The translations under genes were made by a program, and so were the position numbers. The notes beneath the pieces are model-generated. The model did no database searches. It was not told where the DNA came from and saw nothing but the letters and a program-made list of their open reading frames with translations. A stretch of 64,000 bases of DNA, taken from contig CAYTGV010000003.1 in assembly GCA_964437495.1 (NCBI GenBank), positions 17,910 through 81,909 on the forward strand. The letters run 5' to 3'. This document shows, one piece after another, positions 1 through 10,612 of the stretch (position 1 is the stretch's first letter; each line of letters opens with the position of its first letter). Source of the stretch: an uncultured Planctomycetia bacterium. Lineage in GTDB: Bacteria > Omnitrophota > Gorgyraeia > B26-G9.

Positions 1-305
1 TCATGCACCAGAAGAAAGGCATGTAAAAGCTCTATGGCTAATGCGCTGCGGTAGAGGTTTTTGGGGTTTTTAGCAGAGAATCCCTTGTAGCCGATAACGA
101 AAAGTATCGGGCGGACTCTTTTACCTCTGCGCAGTATGAAATGTTTCATGTTATTAAAAAGAAATGCAGATGTATCAGTTAGGGCATAGCGGATGTTTAT
201 ATAGGAAATAAATTTTACAAGCTCTATTTCTAATGTATTTTTTAGTTTCTTAAACATGAGAGTATGATATCATATATCTTAACATGGGACAATTAAAAGC
301 ATGGG

Positions 306-1220
306 GTGTTTATGGAAATTAAGACAGGCCTTTTAAAATGCTGGATAAGGGCATTTCGGCTTCCTTTTATTACCGCGAGTATTATTCCCTTTATCGCAGG
401 CACATTTTTTTTTAAAGGAAGGACTGACTTTCTTTGTTTTTCCCTAGGTCTTGTGTCTGTAATTGCTACACATTTAGGGGCTAATCTTATAAACGATTAT
501 GCGGATTCCAGGTCCGGAGCAGATTGGCACGATAAAAAATTCTATGGCCTGTTCGGAGGATCAAAGCTTATACAGGAAGGTGTGTTGAGAGAGTCAACTT
601 ATCTTAAGGGGGGTGTGATTTGCTTCAGCCTTGCTTTCACTGCAGTGTTTTTTCTTGTGTATATGCTTAAAACATCAGCCGTCATAGGGTATTATCTGTT
701 GATTCTGATTATGGGGATATGTTATTCACAAGGACCTTTGCGGTTTGTTTACCGGTATTTAGGAGAACCTGTTATTTTTGTGCTTTTCGGCCCGGCATTA
801 GTAATGGGAGGATATTTTATCCAAAGCCATATTTTTCCAAGCACAGATGCTTTTGTTCTGTCTCTGTCGTTTGGACTGCTTACAACCGCAATCCTTTTTG
901 CCAATGAAGTGCCTGATTATAAAGTGGATATTCAGGTGAAAAAATTTACCTGGGTTAAGCTAACAGGAGTTAAGCGGGCCTATATGATGTATTATTTGCT
1001 TGTTTTTGCGGGGATTGCGGCTATCGGAGTAAATATTTATCAGGGGGCACTGTCTTTGCTTAGCCTGGCATCTCTGGCCTTGATTCCTTTGATCGTTAAA
1101 GCTGGGATTATTATCAAAACACACTATAATGATAAGCCTAAGCTGGTTGAGGCCTCTAAATTGACTATTTTTGTTCAAACAGTAATCGGATTACTTATAG
1201 CCTTGGATTTAATATTATGA
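306..1220 (+). CDS. UbiA-family aromatic prenyltransferase (MenA/UbiA-like), polytopic membrane protein
   Basis: NDYADSRSGAD motif (UbiA NDxxDxxxD signature) and about 8 hydrophobic segments. Confidence 0.75.
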   Translation: MFMEIKTGLLKCWIRAFRLPFITASIIPFIAGTFFFKGRTDFLCFSLGLVSVIATHLGANLINDYADSRSGADWHDKKFYGLFGGSKLIQEGVLRESTYLKGGVICFSLAFTAVFFLVYMLKTSAVIGYYLLILIMGICYSQGPLRFVYRYLGEPVIFVLFGPALVMGGYFIQSHIFPSTDAFVLSLSFGLLTTAILFANEVPDYKVDIQVKKFTWVKLTGVKRAYMMYYLLVFAGIAAIGVNIYQGALSLLSLASLALIPLIVKAGIIIKTHYNDKPKLVEASKLTIFVQTVIGLLIALDLIL

Positions 1221-2338
1221 AACGTGTTGTTATCATCGGAGGAGGATTTGCCGGACTTTCTGCTGCTGAGTGTCTTAAAAAGTATAAAAAACAGGTTGAG
1301 GTTGTGCTTATTGACAAAAAGAGCCGAACTGATTTTCTGCCATTATTGCCTGATATTTTAAGTGAGCGCATAGATAATAAATTTTTATCTGCTGATCTTA
1401 ATAAGCTTGGAGAAAAGTTGTTATTTGATTTTATTAACAGCCGTGTTAATGGGATAGATCTTGAAAAAAAGAAAATATCATTAATTGATAAAGATCTCTC
1501 GTATGATTATCTTATAATTTCCTCAGGCTCTCAAACTAATTTCTACAATAATATTTCTCTTAGCAAATCCGCGTTTAAGCTTGATGATATCCACGACGCA
1601 AAATTCCTATTGGATTGCCTTGATTGTCAAAAACATAAAAGTTTTATTGTTAGCGGTGGGGGGTATACAGGAATTGAAATAGCAACTAATATCTGGCGTT
1701 ACTTTTTTAAAAAGGATCAAAAGAAACGGATTGTAATAATAGAAAAAGCTTCGATTTTACTTGCGAAACTTCCAGATTGGATGAGAGAATATGTAATGGA
1801 TAATTTGCTTAGCTTAGGGGTGGAAATACGTCTTGATGCTCAGATTGAATCTTATTCACAAGACAGGGTTATTCTTAAGGGAGGAGAATCTTTTGCAAAT
1901 GCTGCGCTTATTTGGACAGCAGGTGTTAAGGTGCAGGATTTTGTCTGGAATTACGGTTTTGTTTGTGATCATCAGGGCCGGGTGATCGTGGATGAGTATT
2001 TGCGATTAAACAGCAATTGCTTTTGCGTTGGTGATACGGCGCATTTTGATCACAAAGGTGCTGCTCTTAGAATGTCTATTCAGTTTTCTATTATGCAGGG
2101 AGCATTGGCTGCGGCAAATATTATGCGTTGTATTACCAATAAACAATTGAAAGAGTATCGTCCTTTTGATCCGGGATATATAATACCTATGGCTAATAAC
2201 AAGGCCTGTGGTAATGTATTTGGTCTAAAGGTGAAAGGGCCTTTTGCGGTTTTATTGCATTATTCTATGTGTATTTTTCGTTCATATTCTTTGTCGAACA
2301 AATTGGGGATCATTAAAAATCTATTAAAAGGCTTTTAA
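1217..2338 (+). CDS. FAD-dependent pyridine nucleotide-disulfide oxidoreductase, type II NADH:quinone oxidoreductase (NDH-2)-like
   Basis: N-terminal VVIIGGGFAGLSAA Rossmann motif, TDFLPLLP motif typical of NDH-2, second GGGYTGIE dinucleotide motif; start overlaps the upstream prenyltransferase (ATGA). Confidence 0.65.
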   Translation: MKRVVIIGGGFAGLSAAECLKKYKKQVEVVLIDKKSRTDFLPLLPDILSERIDNKFLSADLNKLGEKLLFDFINSRVNGIDLEKKKISLIDKDLSYDYLIISSGSQTNFYNNISLSKSAFKLDDIHDAKFLLDCLDCQKHKSFIVSGGGYTGIEIATNIWRYFFKKDQKKRIVIIEKASILLAKLPDWMREYVMDNLLSLGVEIRLDAQIESYSQDRVILKGGESFANAALIWTAGVKVQDFVWNYGFVCDHQGRVIVDEYLRLNSNCFCVGDTAHFDHKGAALRMSIQFSIMQGALAAANIMRCITNKQLKEYRPFDPGYIIPMANNKACGNVFGLKVKGPFAVLLHYSMCIFRSYSLSNKLGIIKNLLKGF

Positions 2339-2768
2339 AAAAGACAAGGTGGCATAGGGGCTTAAATGTCTTGATAAGTATTGTATTTGCTTAGGATTTT
2401 AACTGAAAAACTGGAAGAATTTTTAAATAAAATAAGTAAAATCTCCGGATTTCTAAGGATATCGTAAGAAAGTCTGTTGCTTTTATAAATGGTAAGCACA
2501 AAACATTGGAAGGGCTTTAAGTGTAAATTGTATTAGAAAAACTATTTTTACTCATTCTCGATAGCCATCCTTGGCTATCTGCTAGGGAGGGATTGCCTTT
2601 GCTCATCCATGGTAAAAGAAATATTTAAATCCGCAAAAACAGTTTTCCTAGCACAATTGCTTAAAAAAGCAATAGAGTTCTTGACACTATGTTTCTAAGC
2701 AACCGCTTGCATAATAGCCGGAATAATTATATATAAATTAATGTAAAGATAAAAAATAAGAGGAAACT

Positions 2769-3242
2769 ATGAATGTATCACTGCAAACACCTAATTATTG
2801 TTTTGAAGCAAGGTTTAATCTCTCGTTGGCGGCAAAAGCAATTGTAGACGCATTACCGTATGATGCTAATATTTGTGTGGAAAAGCATGGTCTGTATTTT
2901 GAGACGGATATAAAATCGCCTAGCGGGCAGGCTACTGACCTGGTTAATGTCGGGGACATTGTTTACTCTGTAAATACTGGGAGAATCTGCATCTATTTCA
3001 GCCCGTTAAAGCTTGATCCGGATAATCCTGTTATCCCAATAGGCAGAACTCAGATCGATGTCGTAGCTATCGGGCGCATGAAAATAGGCGACCCTATACA
3101 TATAATGTCAATAATCCAAGATGAAAATAGCCAGAAACCGCAGTCGCCCAAAACAAACTTCCCCAAAAACCGCAAACTTAACCAGACTGAAATTGATGAT
3201 CTAGTTCAACAGCTTTTGAATAAGAAAAAAGAAAACCAATAA
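2769..3242 (+). CDS. hypothetical protein (157 aa), good RBS aagaggaaactATG
   Basis: ORF with upstream SD-like sequence; no recognisable motif. Confidence 0.4.
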   Translation: MNVSLQTPNYCFEARFNLSLAAKAIVDALPYDANICVEKHGLYFETDIKSPSGQATDLVNVGDIVYSVNTGRICIYFSPLKLDPDNPVIPIGRTQIDVVAIGRMKIGDPIHIMSIIQDENSQKPQSPKTNFPKNRKLNQTEIDDLVQQLLNKKKENQ

Positions 3243-3455
3243 GAATTTTTATCTTTTAACCCTCCTTATAATATAAAATATGCTTTTTCATTTCTTATAA
3301 TTAGCTTGAATTCAGCTAAAGATATAGCATATGCCCGCTGCCTAATCCGGGGAAAAGAATGTCTTGGCAATATTATTTGCAGGGATATAAGCATATCTAT
3401 TGACAAAATCATTGAATAGGGTAAACTATATAGCAGGATGGCTATATGAGGGGTT

Positions 3456-3818
3456 TTGGGAAAAATGGAAAATATATCAATTCTAAAATTGGATAAGATT
3501 GTAAAGGCATCAGCAGATATTAACCGAATGCGCATTCTAAAAATGCTCATGAGTCGGAAGATGTGTGTTTGTGAGATGGCTTTTGTCTTAGGAATCAGCC
3601 AACCTAGTGTTTCGCGGCATCTTAAGAAGTTAAAGATTGCTGGTTTTATAGGGAGTGAGAGCGAGGGCTTGTGGACAAATTATTATCTGCTGCCTAAAAA
3701 TGCTTATGCGAAAAATTTTATCAAAGAATTAAATAAATGGATTGAGCTAGATAAAACTATTGCTTTTGATGCGGAAAAAATCAAGAAGGTGAACAGGGAG
3801 AGTCTTTGCTGTCTCTGA
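3456..3818 (+). CDS. ArsR/SmtB-family transcriptional regulator
   Basis: HTH segment CVCEMAFVLGISQPSVSRHLKKLKIAGFI typical of ArsR family. Confidence 0.75.
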   Translation: MGKMENISILKLDKIVKASADINRMRILKMLMSRKMCVCEMAFVLGISQPSVSRHLKKLKIAGFIGSESEGLWTNYYLLPKNAYAKNFIKELNKWIELDKTIAFDAEKIKKVNRESLCCL

Positions 3819-3866
3819 TTTTCTTTATTAACATATATAGCTAATTTGTTGTGCAGGTGGATTTAC

Positions 3867-5042
3867 ATGAAAGAGTCTAAAAAATTTTTATTTATGGGGG
3901 CGGTATTTTTAACCTGTTTTTATCTACCGGTTGAATTATTGTCGTTTAGAAATCCAATCTTTGAGGCATTGGCATTGGTGCGCTGGTATGCAAGAGCGCA
4001 TGTTTTATTTTGTCTTGTCCCGGCCTTTTTTATTGCCGGGGCAATATCTGTGTTTGTGTCTCAGGCTTCGGTTATAAAGTATTTCGGGTCAAAGGCGAAT
4101 AAGTTTCTTGCTTATAGTATAGCATCTGTATCCGGTATGATCCTGGCGGTTTGTTCCTGCACGGTTTTACCGCTGTTTTCCGGTATTTATAAAAGAGGCG
4201 CAGGCCTCGGGCCGGCAACAGCATTTTTATATTCAGGACCGGCAATTAATGTGTTAGCAATTATTATGACAGCGCGGATACTTGGCTGGCAGCTTGGTCT
4301 TGCCAGAGCTGTGGGAGCTGTGCTTTTCAGTGTGATTATCGGACTATTAATGCATTTAATATTTATTAAGGAAGAGAGGGTAAGGCAGAGTGAAGGGGAT
4401 CTGGTCGCAGGTGAGGTCCAAGAGCCCAGGACATTAATTCAAAATGGCCTTTACTTTGCGTCAATGGTTGGCTTTCTTGTTTTTGCTAACTGGGCAAAAC
4501 CGCAGCATGGAGACAGCGGCCTATGGGCAGCTATTTTTTCGGCAAAATGGTATATTGCTTTGGGATTTCTATTGATGACGGGAATGATGCTTTTAAGGTG
4601 GTTTAAGAAAAATGAAGTCAGGGAATGGACACAAAGCTCATGGACTTTTGCAAAACAAATAATGCCTTTACTGCTTATGGGAGTTTTGATTGCAGGCCTT
4701 TTGCTTGGCCGTCCTGACCATGAAGGCCTGATCCCCTCATGGATAATTGCCAAGGCTGTGGGCGGCAATTCGTTTTTATCAAATTTTTTTGCGGCAATCG
4801 TGGGAGCGTTTATGTATTTTGCTACACTTACTGAGGTACCTATTTTACAGGGGCTTATCGGCGCGGGCATGGGCAAAGGGCCGGCTCTGGCGCTGCTTTT
4901 AGCAGGTCCGGCATTAAGCCTGCCGAATATGCTGGTTATCCGCGGCATTTTAGGAACAAAGAAAACAATCGTGTATGTAAGCCTGGTTGTTGTCATGGCC
5001 ACAATAAGCGGAATTATATTTGGTGCAATTATGGGAGGTTGA
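3867..5042 (+). CDS. predicted permease (DUF318/YraQ-like multi-pass membrane protein)
   Basis: About 8-10 TM segments; conserved ArsR / permease / small thioredoxin-like gene arrangement; start taken at internal MKESKKF (ORF begins 3846). Confidence 0.6.
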   Translation: MKESKKFLFMGAVFLTCFYLPVELLSFRNPIFEALALVRWYARAHVLFCLVPAFFIAGAISVFVSQASVIKYFGSKANKFLAYSIASVSGMILAVCSCTVLPLFSGIYKRGAGLGPATAFLYSGPAINVLAIIMTARILGWQLGLARAVGAVLFSVIIGLLMHLIFIKEERVRQSEGDLVAGEVQEPRTLIQNGLYFASMVGFLVFANWAKPQHGDSGLWAAIFSAKWYIALGFLLMTGMMLLRWFKKNEVREWTQSSWTFAKQIMPLLLMGVLIAGLLLGRPDHEGLIPSWIIAKAVGGNSFLSNFFAAIVGAFMYFATLTEVPILQGLIGAGMGKGPALALLLAGPALSLPNMLVIRGILGTKKTIVYVSLVVVMATISGIIFGAIMGG

Positions 5043-5043
5043 A

Positions 5044-5277
5044 ATGAAAATTGAAATTCTCGGGATAGGATGTCCAAAGTGTAAAATACTCTATGAAAAT
5101 TCTTTGGCGGCTGTTAAAGAATCTGGTATAGATGCAGAGGTTGTTAAAGTTGAAGATATGGATAAGATCACAGGATATGGTGTTATGATCACTCCTGCTT
5201 TGGTTATTGATGGAGAGGTTAAGACCGCAGGGAAAGTATCAGCACCGAGTGAGATAATCCAATGGTTAAAAGTATAA
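5044..5277 (+). CDS. thioredoxin-fold 'redox-active disulfide protein 2'-like small protein
   Basis: MKIEILGIGCPKCK with CxxC motif; RBS gggagg 7 nt upstream of ATG 5044. Confidence 0.7.
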   Translation: MKIEILGIGCPKCKILYENSLAAVKESGIDAEVVKVEDMDKITGYGVMITPALVIDGEVKTAGKVSAPSEIIQWLKV

Positions 5278-5511
5278 TAATTGGACTTTTAAAAAATATC
5301 CAAGAAGAATAACCACTATTATATTTGTAGCAGTAGTGTATTATTTTAGCCGTATGCATATTGCAGAGAGCCTTAAGGCATAAAAAATATTGTTTTTTTT
5401 CGGATTTTTGATTATTTCCTTGTTCAGTAATACTTAAAAATATACAATAAAGTTTAATTATACTTGACAAGACTGATTTTGTGATGTATGCTTGTTTTAG
5501 GAGGTAGAAAC

Positions 5512-6063
5512 ATGAAGATCGTGGGAGTAAATATAAAAAGAAGCAGGGAAAGCAGAGAAATTACTCTAAGAGAGCTGGCTGAGCAGGTAAAGCTTAGCGC
5601 GAGCCTACTGTCTCAAATAGAGACCGGGAAAGTATCTCCTTCTTTGTCGACATTAAAGAAGATATCAGATGCTTTGCAAACAACGGTAGGGGCTTTGGTG
5701 GGAGAGGATAATCAGCCGTCAGATGCGTTGGTTCTTCGTAAAAGCGATAGAAAGGTTCTCAGCCATCTTAGCGAAGGCATAAAAATGTTTATGCTTACTT
5801 ATAAAGATGCTAATAAGCAGATGGAGCCGTTGCTTTTCAGGCTTGATCCAAATGCGTCTTCCGGAAAATCTTTATATAAACATTTTGGCCAGGAATTTAT
5901 CTTAATCATCAAAGGAACCTTGGAGCTTAAGCTTAATGATGTGCGATATGTTTTGAAAAAGGGCGATAGCATGTATTTTAATTCAAATATCCCCCATAAA
6001 TTTAAAAATATTGACAGAGGCATTACCGAAGCCGTGTGGATCGTTACGCCGCCGACTTTTTAA
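5512..6063 (+). CDS. XRE-family HTH transcriptional regulator with C-terminal cupin domain
   Basis: LRELAEQVKLSASLLSQIETGK helix-turn-helix; C-terminal beta-rich cupin-like region; RBS ggaggtag before ATG 5512. Confidence 0.7.
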   Translation: MKIVGVNIKRSRESREITLRELAEQVKLSASLLSQIETGKVSPSLSTLKKISDALQTTVGALVGEDNQPSDALVLRKSDRKVLSHLSEGIKMFMLTYKDANKQMEPLLFRLDPNASSGKSLYKHFGQEFILIIKGTLELKLNDVRYVLKKGDSMYFNSNIPHKFKNIDRGITEAVWIVTPPTF

Positions 6064-6125
6064 TTTTTTTTGTCGAACTTGTTAACAAATAGTTAAATTT
6101 GTTAAGTATAATAAAATAGGAGGGA

Positions 6126-7346
6126 ATGATGAAGACTTTACTTGGTAGTAGATTGAGTGGACTTAGAAAGGGATTTCGTGCTTTTTCCCGCAAGGTAAGC
6201 GATTTTGAATTAATTCCGCAAAATATTGGGAAGTTTTCCCATATGTTTTCTGAGGAAATGAAGGCGCTGCATTATGATCAGGTGAAAATAGATAAGATCG
6301 GCAATGTCATCGGCCGTGTAAAAGGTTATTCCAATAAAACCCCTATTGTTCTTCTGGCTAATATTGATTATGCTTCTGGTTTGAAAGATGGGGACGCAGG
6401 GAATAAGCGCAATGATATGGCGGCTTTTAAAGCTGGGCTTTTAACCGCAGTTTATACAGGGGCTTTATTAAAGACAACCCTTGTGCCCTTGGACGGCGAT
6501 TTGTATGTCTGCTGTGTTCCCAGAATGGATAACTGCGATTACGGAATTAGGCATCTTTTTGACAATTCTTTGCCTGAGAAAACAAGCCGGATCAAAGGTG
6601 TTATTCTTAGTGAACCGACACGCGGTAATATTCATATAGGACATAAAGGCCGATTTGAATATGAGATAGTAGTGAGGGGAAAGGTGGGGGCACCTATGTT
6701 GCGCAACCGGGGAGTGAATATGCTGGGTGCTATGTTTCCGTTAATAAATGAACTGGAAAAGGCCTCCCGGATTTTGCCGCATAATTCGATTTTAGGGGAT
6801 TCTAATTTAAATATCAAAAACGTTAATATTAATCAAAATTCCGGATTGAAAGACTGCAGTGAGTTTAAGATCGTGATCGACCGCGGTTTTGTCCCGGAGG
6901 AAAATACGCAGGGGATATTGGAAAAAGCAAAAAAGATTGCGCAAAATATCTACAAGGATGAAGCGGATTTAAAAATTAATACACTGCTGAGTAAAGAAAA
7001 AATAAAAACTTATACAGGGGTAGCTATTGTCGCTAAAAAAGAGTATAAGCCCTGGAATATGAACTCGCATGACCCTTTTGTTTTGAATTCACTGGAAGCA
7101 TTAAGACAGCACAGATCAAAGGCTACGCTTGATTATTGGAAAAAGATAGTTACTGACGGCTCTTATACTTTTGCCGAACTAGGCATACCCACTATCGGCT
7201 TTGGGGCCGGATCAGAAGATGATATAGAGGATGTGCAGGGATCAGTTGCCGATAATCATTTAGAAAAGGCAGTGCTTGAAACAGGAATAATTATCCAGCG
7301 TAATATCGGTCTGCCTACTTTTGGATGGAGTTCTGATGAAATATAA
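6126..7346 (+). CDS. M20/M25/M40 peptidase-family-like protein (ArgE/DapE-like fold), possibly divergent active site
   Basis: Domain order and conserved glycine-rich segments (SEPTRGNIHIGHKG, GIPTIGFGAGSEDD) resemble M20 family; the canonical HxD metal motif is not obvious. Confidence 0.45.
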   Translation: MMKTLLGSRLSGLRKGFRAFSRKVSDFELIPQNIGKFSHMFSEEMKALHYDQVKIDKIGNVIGRVKGYSNKTPIVLLANIDYASGLKDGDAGNKRNDMAAFKAGLLTAVYTGALLKTTLVPLDGDLYVCCVPRMDNCDYGIRHLFDNSLPEKTSRIKGVILSEPTRGNIHIGHKGRFEYEIVVRGKVGAPMLRNRGVNMLGAMFPLINELEKASRILPHNSILGDSNLNIKNVNINQNSGLKDCSEFKIVIDRGFVPEENTQGILEKAKKIAQNIYKDEADLKINTLLSKEKIKTYTGVAIVAKKEYKPWNMNSHDPFVLNSLEALRQHRSKATLDYWKKIVTDGSYTFAELGIPTIGFGAGSEDDIEDVQGSVADNHLEKAVLETGIIIQRNIGLPTFGWSSDEI

Positions 7347-8577
7347 GCAGACAGCTGTTTTAGCCTTGAATTGCGGAAGTTCCTCTCTGAAATATAGACT
7401 GGTCTTAATGCCTGATAACCAGGAGCTGATCAGCGGAGAGGTTGAGCGGGTGGGGATAAAAACTCAGAAAAAAGCCCTTATCCGGCATAAACTTTTCGGT
7501 AAAACTCGGAGTATAAAACGGGAAATAGCTGATCACGGACAGGCCTTTGATCATGTGGTAAAACTAATTAAGCAGGATGCTCTTATTAATAAGAAGATCA
7601 GGATCGATATGCTGGCACATAGATATGTCCATCCGGGTAATCTGATCTCTGATACCGCTAAAATAACGCCGCGTCTGATAAATAAATTGTCTAAGACTCT
7701 GGAATTCGCGCCTATTCATAATCCCGTTATCTTCAGGATGATTACTCAATGCATTGGTAATTATCCCCGTATACCACAGTATGTGGTTTTTGACACATCT
7801 TTTCATAAAACCATTCCAGCTTCTTTGGCTACTTATGGGCTGCCGCGGGATTTGACGAGAAAATATCATTTGAAAAAAATGGGTTTTCACGGTATATCCC
7901 ATAAGTATGTAATGCACAAGGCCTGTGAATTTCTTAAAGTCAAAGAAAATACCCGGAAAATAATTAGCTGCCATCTGGGTACCGGAGGAGCAAGTGTTTG
8001 TGCGATCGATAAAGGAAAGTCCATTAATAATTCAATGGGCTTTACTCCTTTAGAGGGTCTTATCATGAATACTCGTTGCGGGGATGTAGATCTGGGACTG
8101 GTGTTTTATGTGATGTTTAAGGAAAATTACTCAGCTCAAATAATCGACAAGACTTTGAATAAGAAAAGCGGTCTTTTCGGACTATTCGGATCGTCATCGG
8201 ATTTAAGAGATATTATTGAAAAAGTGGCGAAAGAGCCAAGGGCAAAAGTTGCTTTTAATATGTATATAAAACGCATTAAAAAATATATAGGCTTTTACAG
8301 CCTACTGCTCAAAAAGGCAGATGTGCTTATATTCACCGATTCAATCGGTGTAGACAGCCTCTTGGTGCGTGAGAAGGTAGTTCAAGGTTTTGAATTTTTT
8401 GGTATGAGAATGGATAAAGATAAAAATGATTCATATTCGTGCGGGATAAAGGATATATCCGGAAAAAATTCACAGACAAAGATACTGGTTATTCCGACAA
8501 ATGAAGAATTGATGATTGCTCGTGAAGCCTATAAGGAGTTTTCCCATGATATTGGTAGTAGACGTAAAGGCAAATAA
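7336..8577 (+). CDS. ackA: acetate kinase
   Basis: LNCGSSSLKY N-terminal signature, HLGTGGASVC and GFTPLEG / CGDVD motifs of acetate/propionate kinase family. Confidence 0.8.
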   Translation: MKYKQTAVLALNCGSSSLKYRLVLMPDNQELISGEVERVGIKTQKKALIRHKLFGKTRSIKREIADHGQAFDHVVKLIKQDALINKKIRIDMLAHRYVHPGNLISDTAKITPRLINKLSKTLEFAPIHNPVIFRMITQCIGNYPRIPQYVVFDTSFHKTIPASLATYGLPRDLTRKYHLKKMGFHGISHKYVMHKACEFLKVKENTRKIISCHLGTGGASVCAIDKGKSINNSMGFTPLEGLIMNTRCGDVDLGLVFYVMFKENYSAQIIDKTLNKKSGLFGLFGSSSDLRDIIEKVAKEPRAKVAFNMYIKRIKKYIGFYSLLLKKADVLIFTDSIGVDSLLVREKVVQGFEFFGMRMDKDKNDSYSCGIKDISGKNSQTKILVIPTNEELMIAREAYKEFSHDIGSRRKGK

Positions 8578-9616
8578 AATAAAACTGAGTCTTATTTCCC
8601 CAGGCAATGAAAAGTCTGAGATAGCCCTGGACCTGGACGAATGTATGGGCCGGGGTGTTTTAAAAAAAACTGTGTATGGCTTGGCAAAAAGAAAAAAAAT
8701 TCGTGCCATTGCTTTTAGAACTGTTTTTGGCGGTAAGACCTTTAGCGGACCGGTTAAAGTCAATGCGCGTTTTTTTGATAAATTTATGAATTTAACCCGT
8801 GCCTTTCCTTTTTATGTTCCTAGAATGAAGATGCTAATAGAAGAGTTTTATAACTCATTTACGAAAATACCGCTATTTGTATTTTTTGAAACAGCATTTT
8901 TTTCTAAATTGCCTGTTGAGGAAAAATATTATGCGATTTCTTTTGAATTATCGAAATATTATAATCTTAGCCGTCATGGGTTTCACGGCCTTTACCATGG
9001 TTTTAATGCCGAATTAGCTGGACGCAATGATAAAGTTGTCTCAATTGTTTTTGACAAACAGACTACTGTAGCTGCTTTGAATAAGGGCAGGCCGTATTCA
9101 ATAAGCCTGGGGTATACGCCACTAGAGGGAATCATGAGTAATACGAGCTGCGGGGATTTGGATCCGGGTATAGTTTTTTATCTGATGAAAAGCCATGGCA
9201 TGAGTATTTACAGTATTGATGATACATTAAAGAATGAAAGCGGATTTAAAGGAGTGACCGGGTATGACCTTGATAAGACAAAGCTGATGAGTCTATATGG
9301 CCTGGACAAAAAAGTGGATCTTGCCTTTGAGATATATAAAAATCAAATAATAAAATATATGGGAGAAGCCGTGGCGGTTTTAAAAGGATTAGACAAGATT
9401 ATCATTTCAGGAGAAGAAACTAAAGCGCTTATGCCTTTTATTTTAAAATTATTAAAAGATATATCTTTTTTAGGCGTGAATTTGAAATGCCTGCCTTTTG
9501 CAGATTTCGATCAAAGTATGGAGTTGACTTCAGATAATTCGGATATAGCTGTAAAAATAAATAATAAACCATTGTCTGAAATCATTGTCTTGCACACAAG
9601 AAAACTTCTCAAGTGA
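8546..9616 (+). CDS. acetate/butyrate kinase-family paralogue (divergent, N-terminal signature degenerate)
   Basis: FHGLYHGF, GYTPLEG, CGDLDPG motifs conserved; N-terminal ILVVDVKANKIK replaces LNCGSSSLKY; RBS aaggag before ATG 8546. Confidence 0.55.
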   Translation: MILVVDVKANKIKLSLISPGNEKSEIALDLDECMGRGVLKKTVYGLAKRKKIRAIAFRTVFGGKTFSGPVKVNARFFDKFMNLTRAFPFYVPRMKMLIEEFYNSFTKIPLFVFFETAFFSKLPVEEKYYAISFELSKYYNLSRHGFHGLYHGFNAELAGRNDKVVSIVFDKQTTVAALNKGRPYSISLGYTPLEGIMSNTSCGDLDPGIVFYLMKSHGMSIYSIDDTLKNESGFKGVTGYDLDKTKLMSLYGLDKKVDLAFEIYKNQIIKYMGEAVAVLKGLDKIIISGEETKALMPFILKLLKDISFLGVNLKCLPFADFDQSMELTSDNSDIAVKINNKPLSEIIVLHTRKLLK

Positions 9617-9741
9617 ATTGCTGAGTTTTTTCGATGCATTCTCTATCTATTCCTGCGTTTATTCCTAAAATTAAGTAGACAGACTCTTAGGAAAACCTGT
9701 ATTATAAATAGGTTGGTAAAAATAGCGGGAGCCGGGAAAAT

Positions 9742-10191
9742 ATGGGAAAAAAAGTCTTATTTAGTCAAATACAAACTCTTCTTCATCAGCAGCATTTTGG
9801 CGTCTTGGCAACGCAGGGGAGTGTTTATCCTTATTGTTCTCTTGTAGGATTTATTGCTACTGAGGACGGCCAAGAGATTTTTTTTGCTACCATGCGAGAT
9901 ACGCACAAATATGCCAACCTTAAAAAAAATCCTCAAGTATCTCTGCTTATTGACAGCCAGACCAACAAAGAAAATGATTTTAAAAATGCAAAGGCTTTAA
10001 CCGTTCTGGGTAGTGTGCAGGAAATCAACAATACATCAGAAGCGGCTGTTTATTTCCCGCTCTATATAAAAAGACATCCGCATTTAGAAAGATTCATTAC
10101 TGATCCCGATTGTGCCTGGATTAAAATAATTGTTTTTAAATATATACTTGTAAATAATTTCCAAGATGTTTTAGAATATTCAGTGAAGTGA
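9742..10191 (+). CDS. pyridoxamine 5'-phosphate oxidase-like FMN-binding split-barrel protein
   Basis: GVLATQGSVYPYCSLVGF ... IFFATMRDTHKYANLKKNPQVSLLID pattern typical of PNPOx-like family. Confidence 0.55.
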   Translation: MGKKVLFSQIQTLLHQQHFGVLATQGSVYPYCSLVGFIATEDGQEIFFATMRDTHKYANLKKNPQVSLLIDSQTNKENDFKNAKALTVLGSVQEINNTSEAAVYFPLYIKRHPHLERFITDPDCAWIKIIVFKYILVNNFQDVLEYSVK

Positions 10192-10217
10192 TAAACTAAT
10201 CTAAAAAGGAGGGGGAG

Positions 10218-10601
10218 ATGAGCTTAATTGATTATTTTGAAAATAAAGAAGGTATCGGGATATTGGCTACTTCAAGCAGTAATGGAGCGGTTGATACTGC
10301 GATATATGCAAAACCGCATTTTATTGAAGAAGAAAAGTGCTTATTTTTAATGGCAGATAAATGTTCCCATGTAAATCTAAAAGAAAACCCGCATGCAACA
10401 TATATATTCATAGAAAAGACAGAGAATTATAAGGGCAAAAGAATCTATCTGAGGATGATAAAAGAAACAGTTGATGATGATTTAGCCGAGACTATTAGAA
10501 GAAAAAAACATGGATGTCCGGACTATGATAAAGATAAAACGACCTTTATTGTTTATTTTAAGGTAGATCATGTCAGGCCTTTGGTTGGAGATTCTGAGTA
10601 A
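10218..10601 (+). CDS. pyridoxamine 5'-phosphate oxidase-like FMN-binding protein (second paralogue)
   Basis: GIGILATSSSNGAVDTAIYA ... NLKENPHATYIF; RBS aaggaggggg. Confidence 0.55.
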   Translation: MSLIDYFENKEGIGILATSSSNGAVDTAIYAKPHFIEEEKCLFLMADKCSHVNLKENPHATYIFIEKTENYKGKRIYLRMIKETVDDDLAETIRRKKHGCPDYDKDKTTFIVYFKVDHVRPLVGDSE

Positions 10602-10612
10602 TCAAGATCCAG

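Noticed and set aside
4451-5077. 208-aa antisense ORF within the permease gene, and other long antisense ORFs (15205-15756, 16400-16930, 7564-7974, 13069-13452)
   Set aside because: They lie fully inside well-supported sense genes (permease, RND pump, ackA, TolC) and have low-complexity composition; treated as antisense artefacts.
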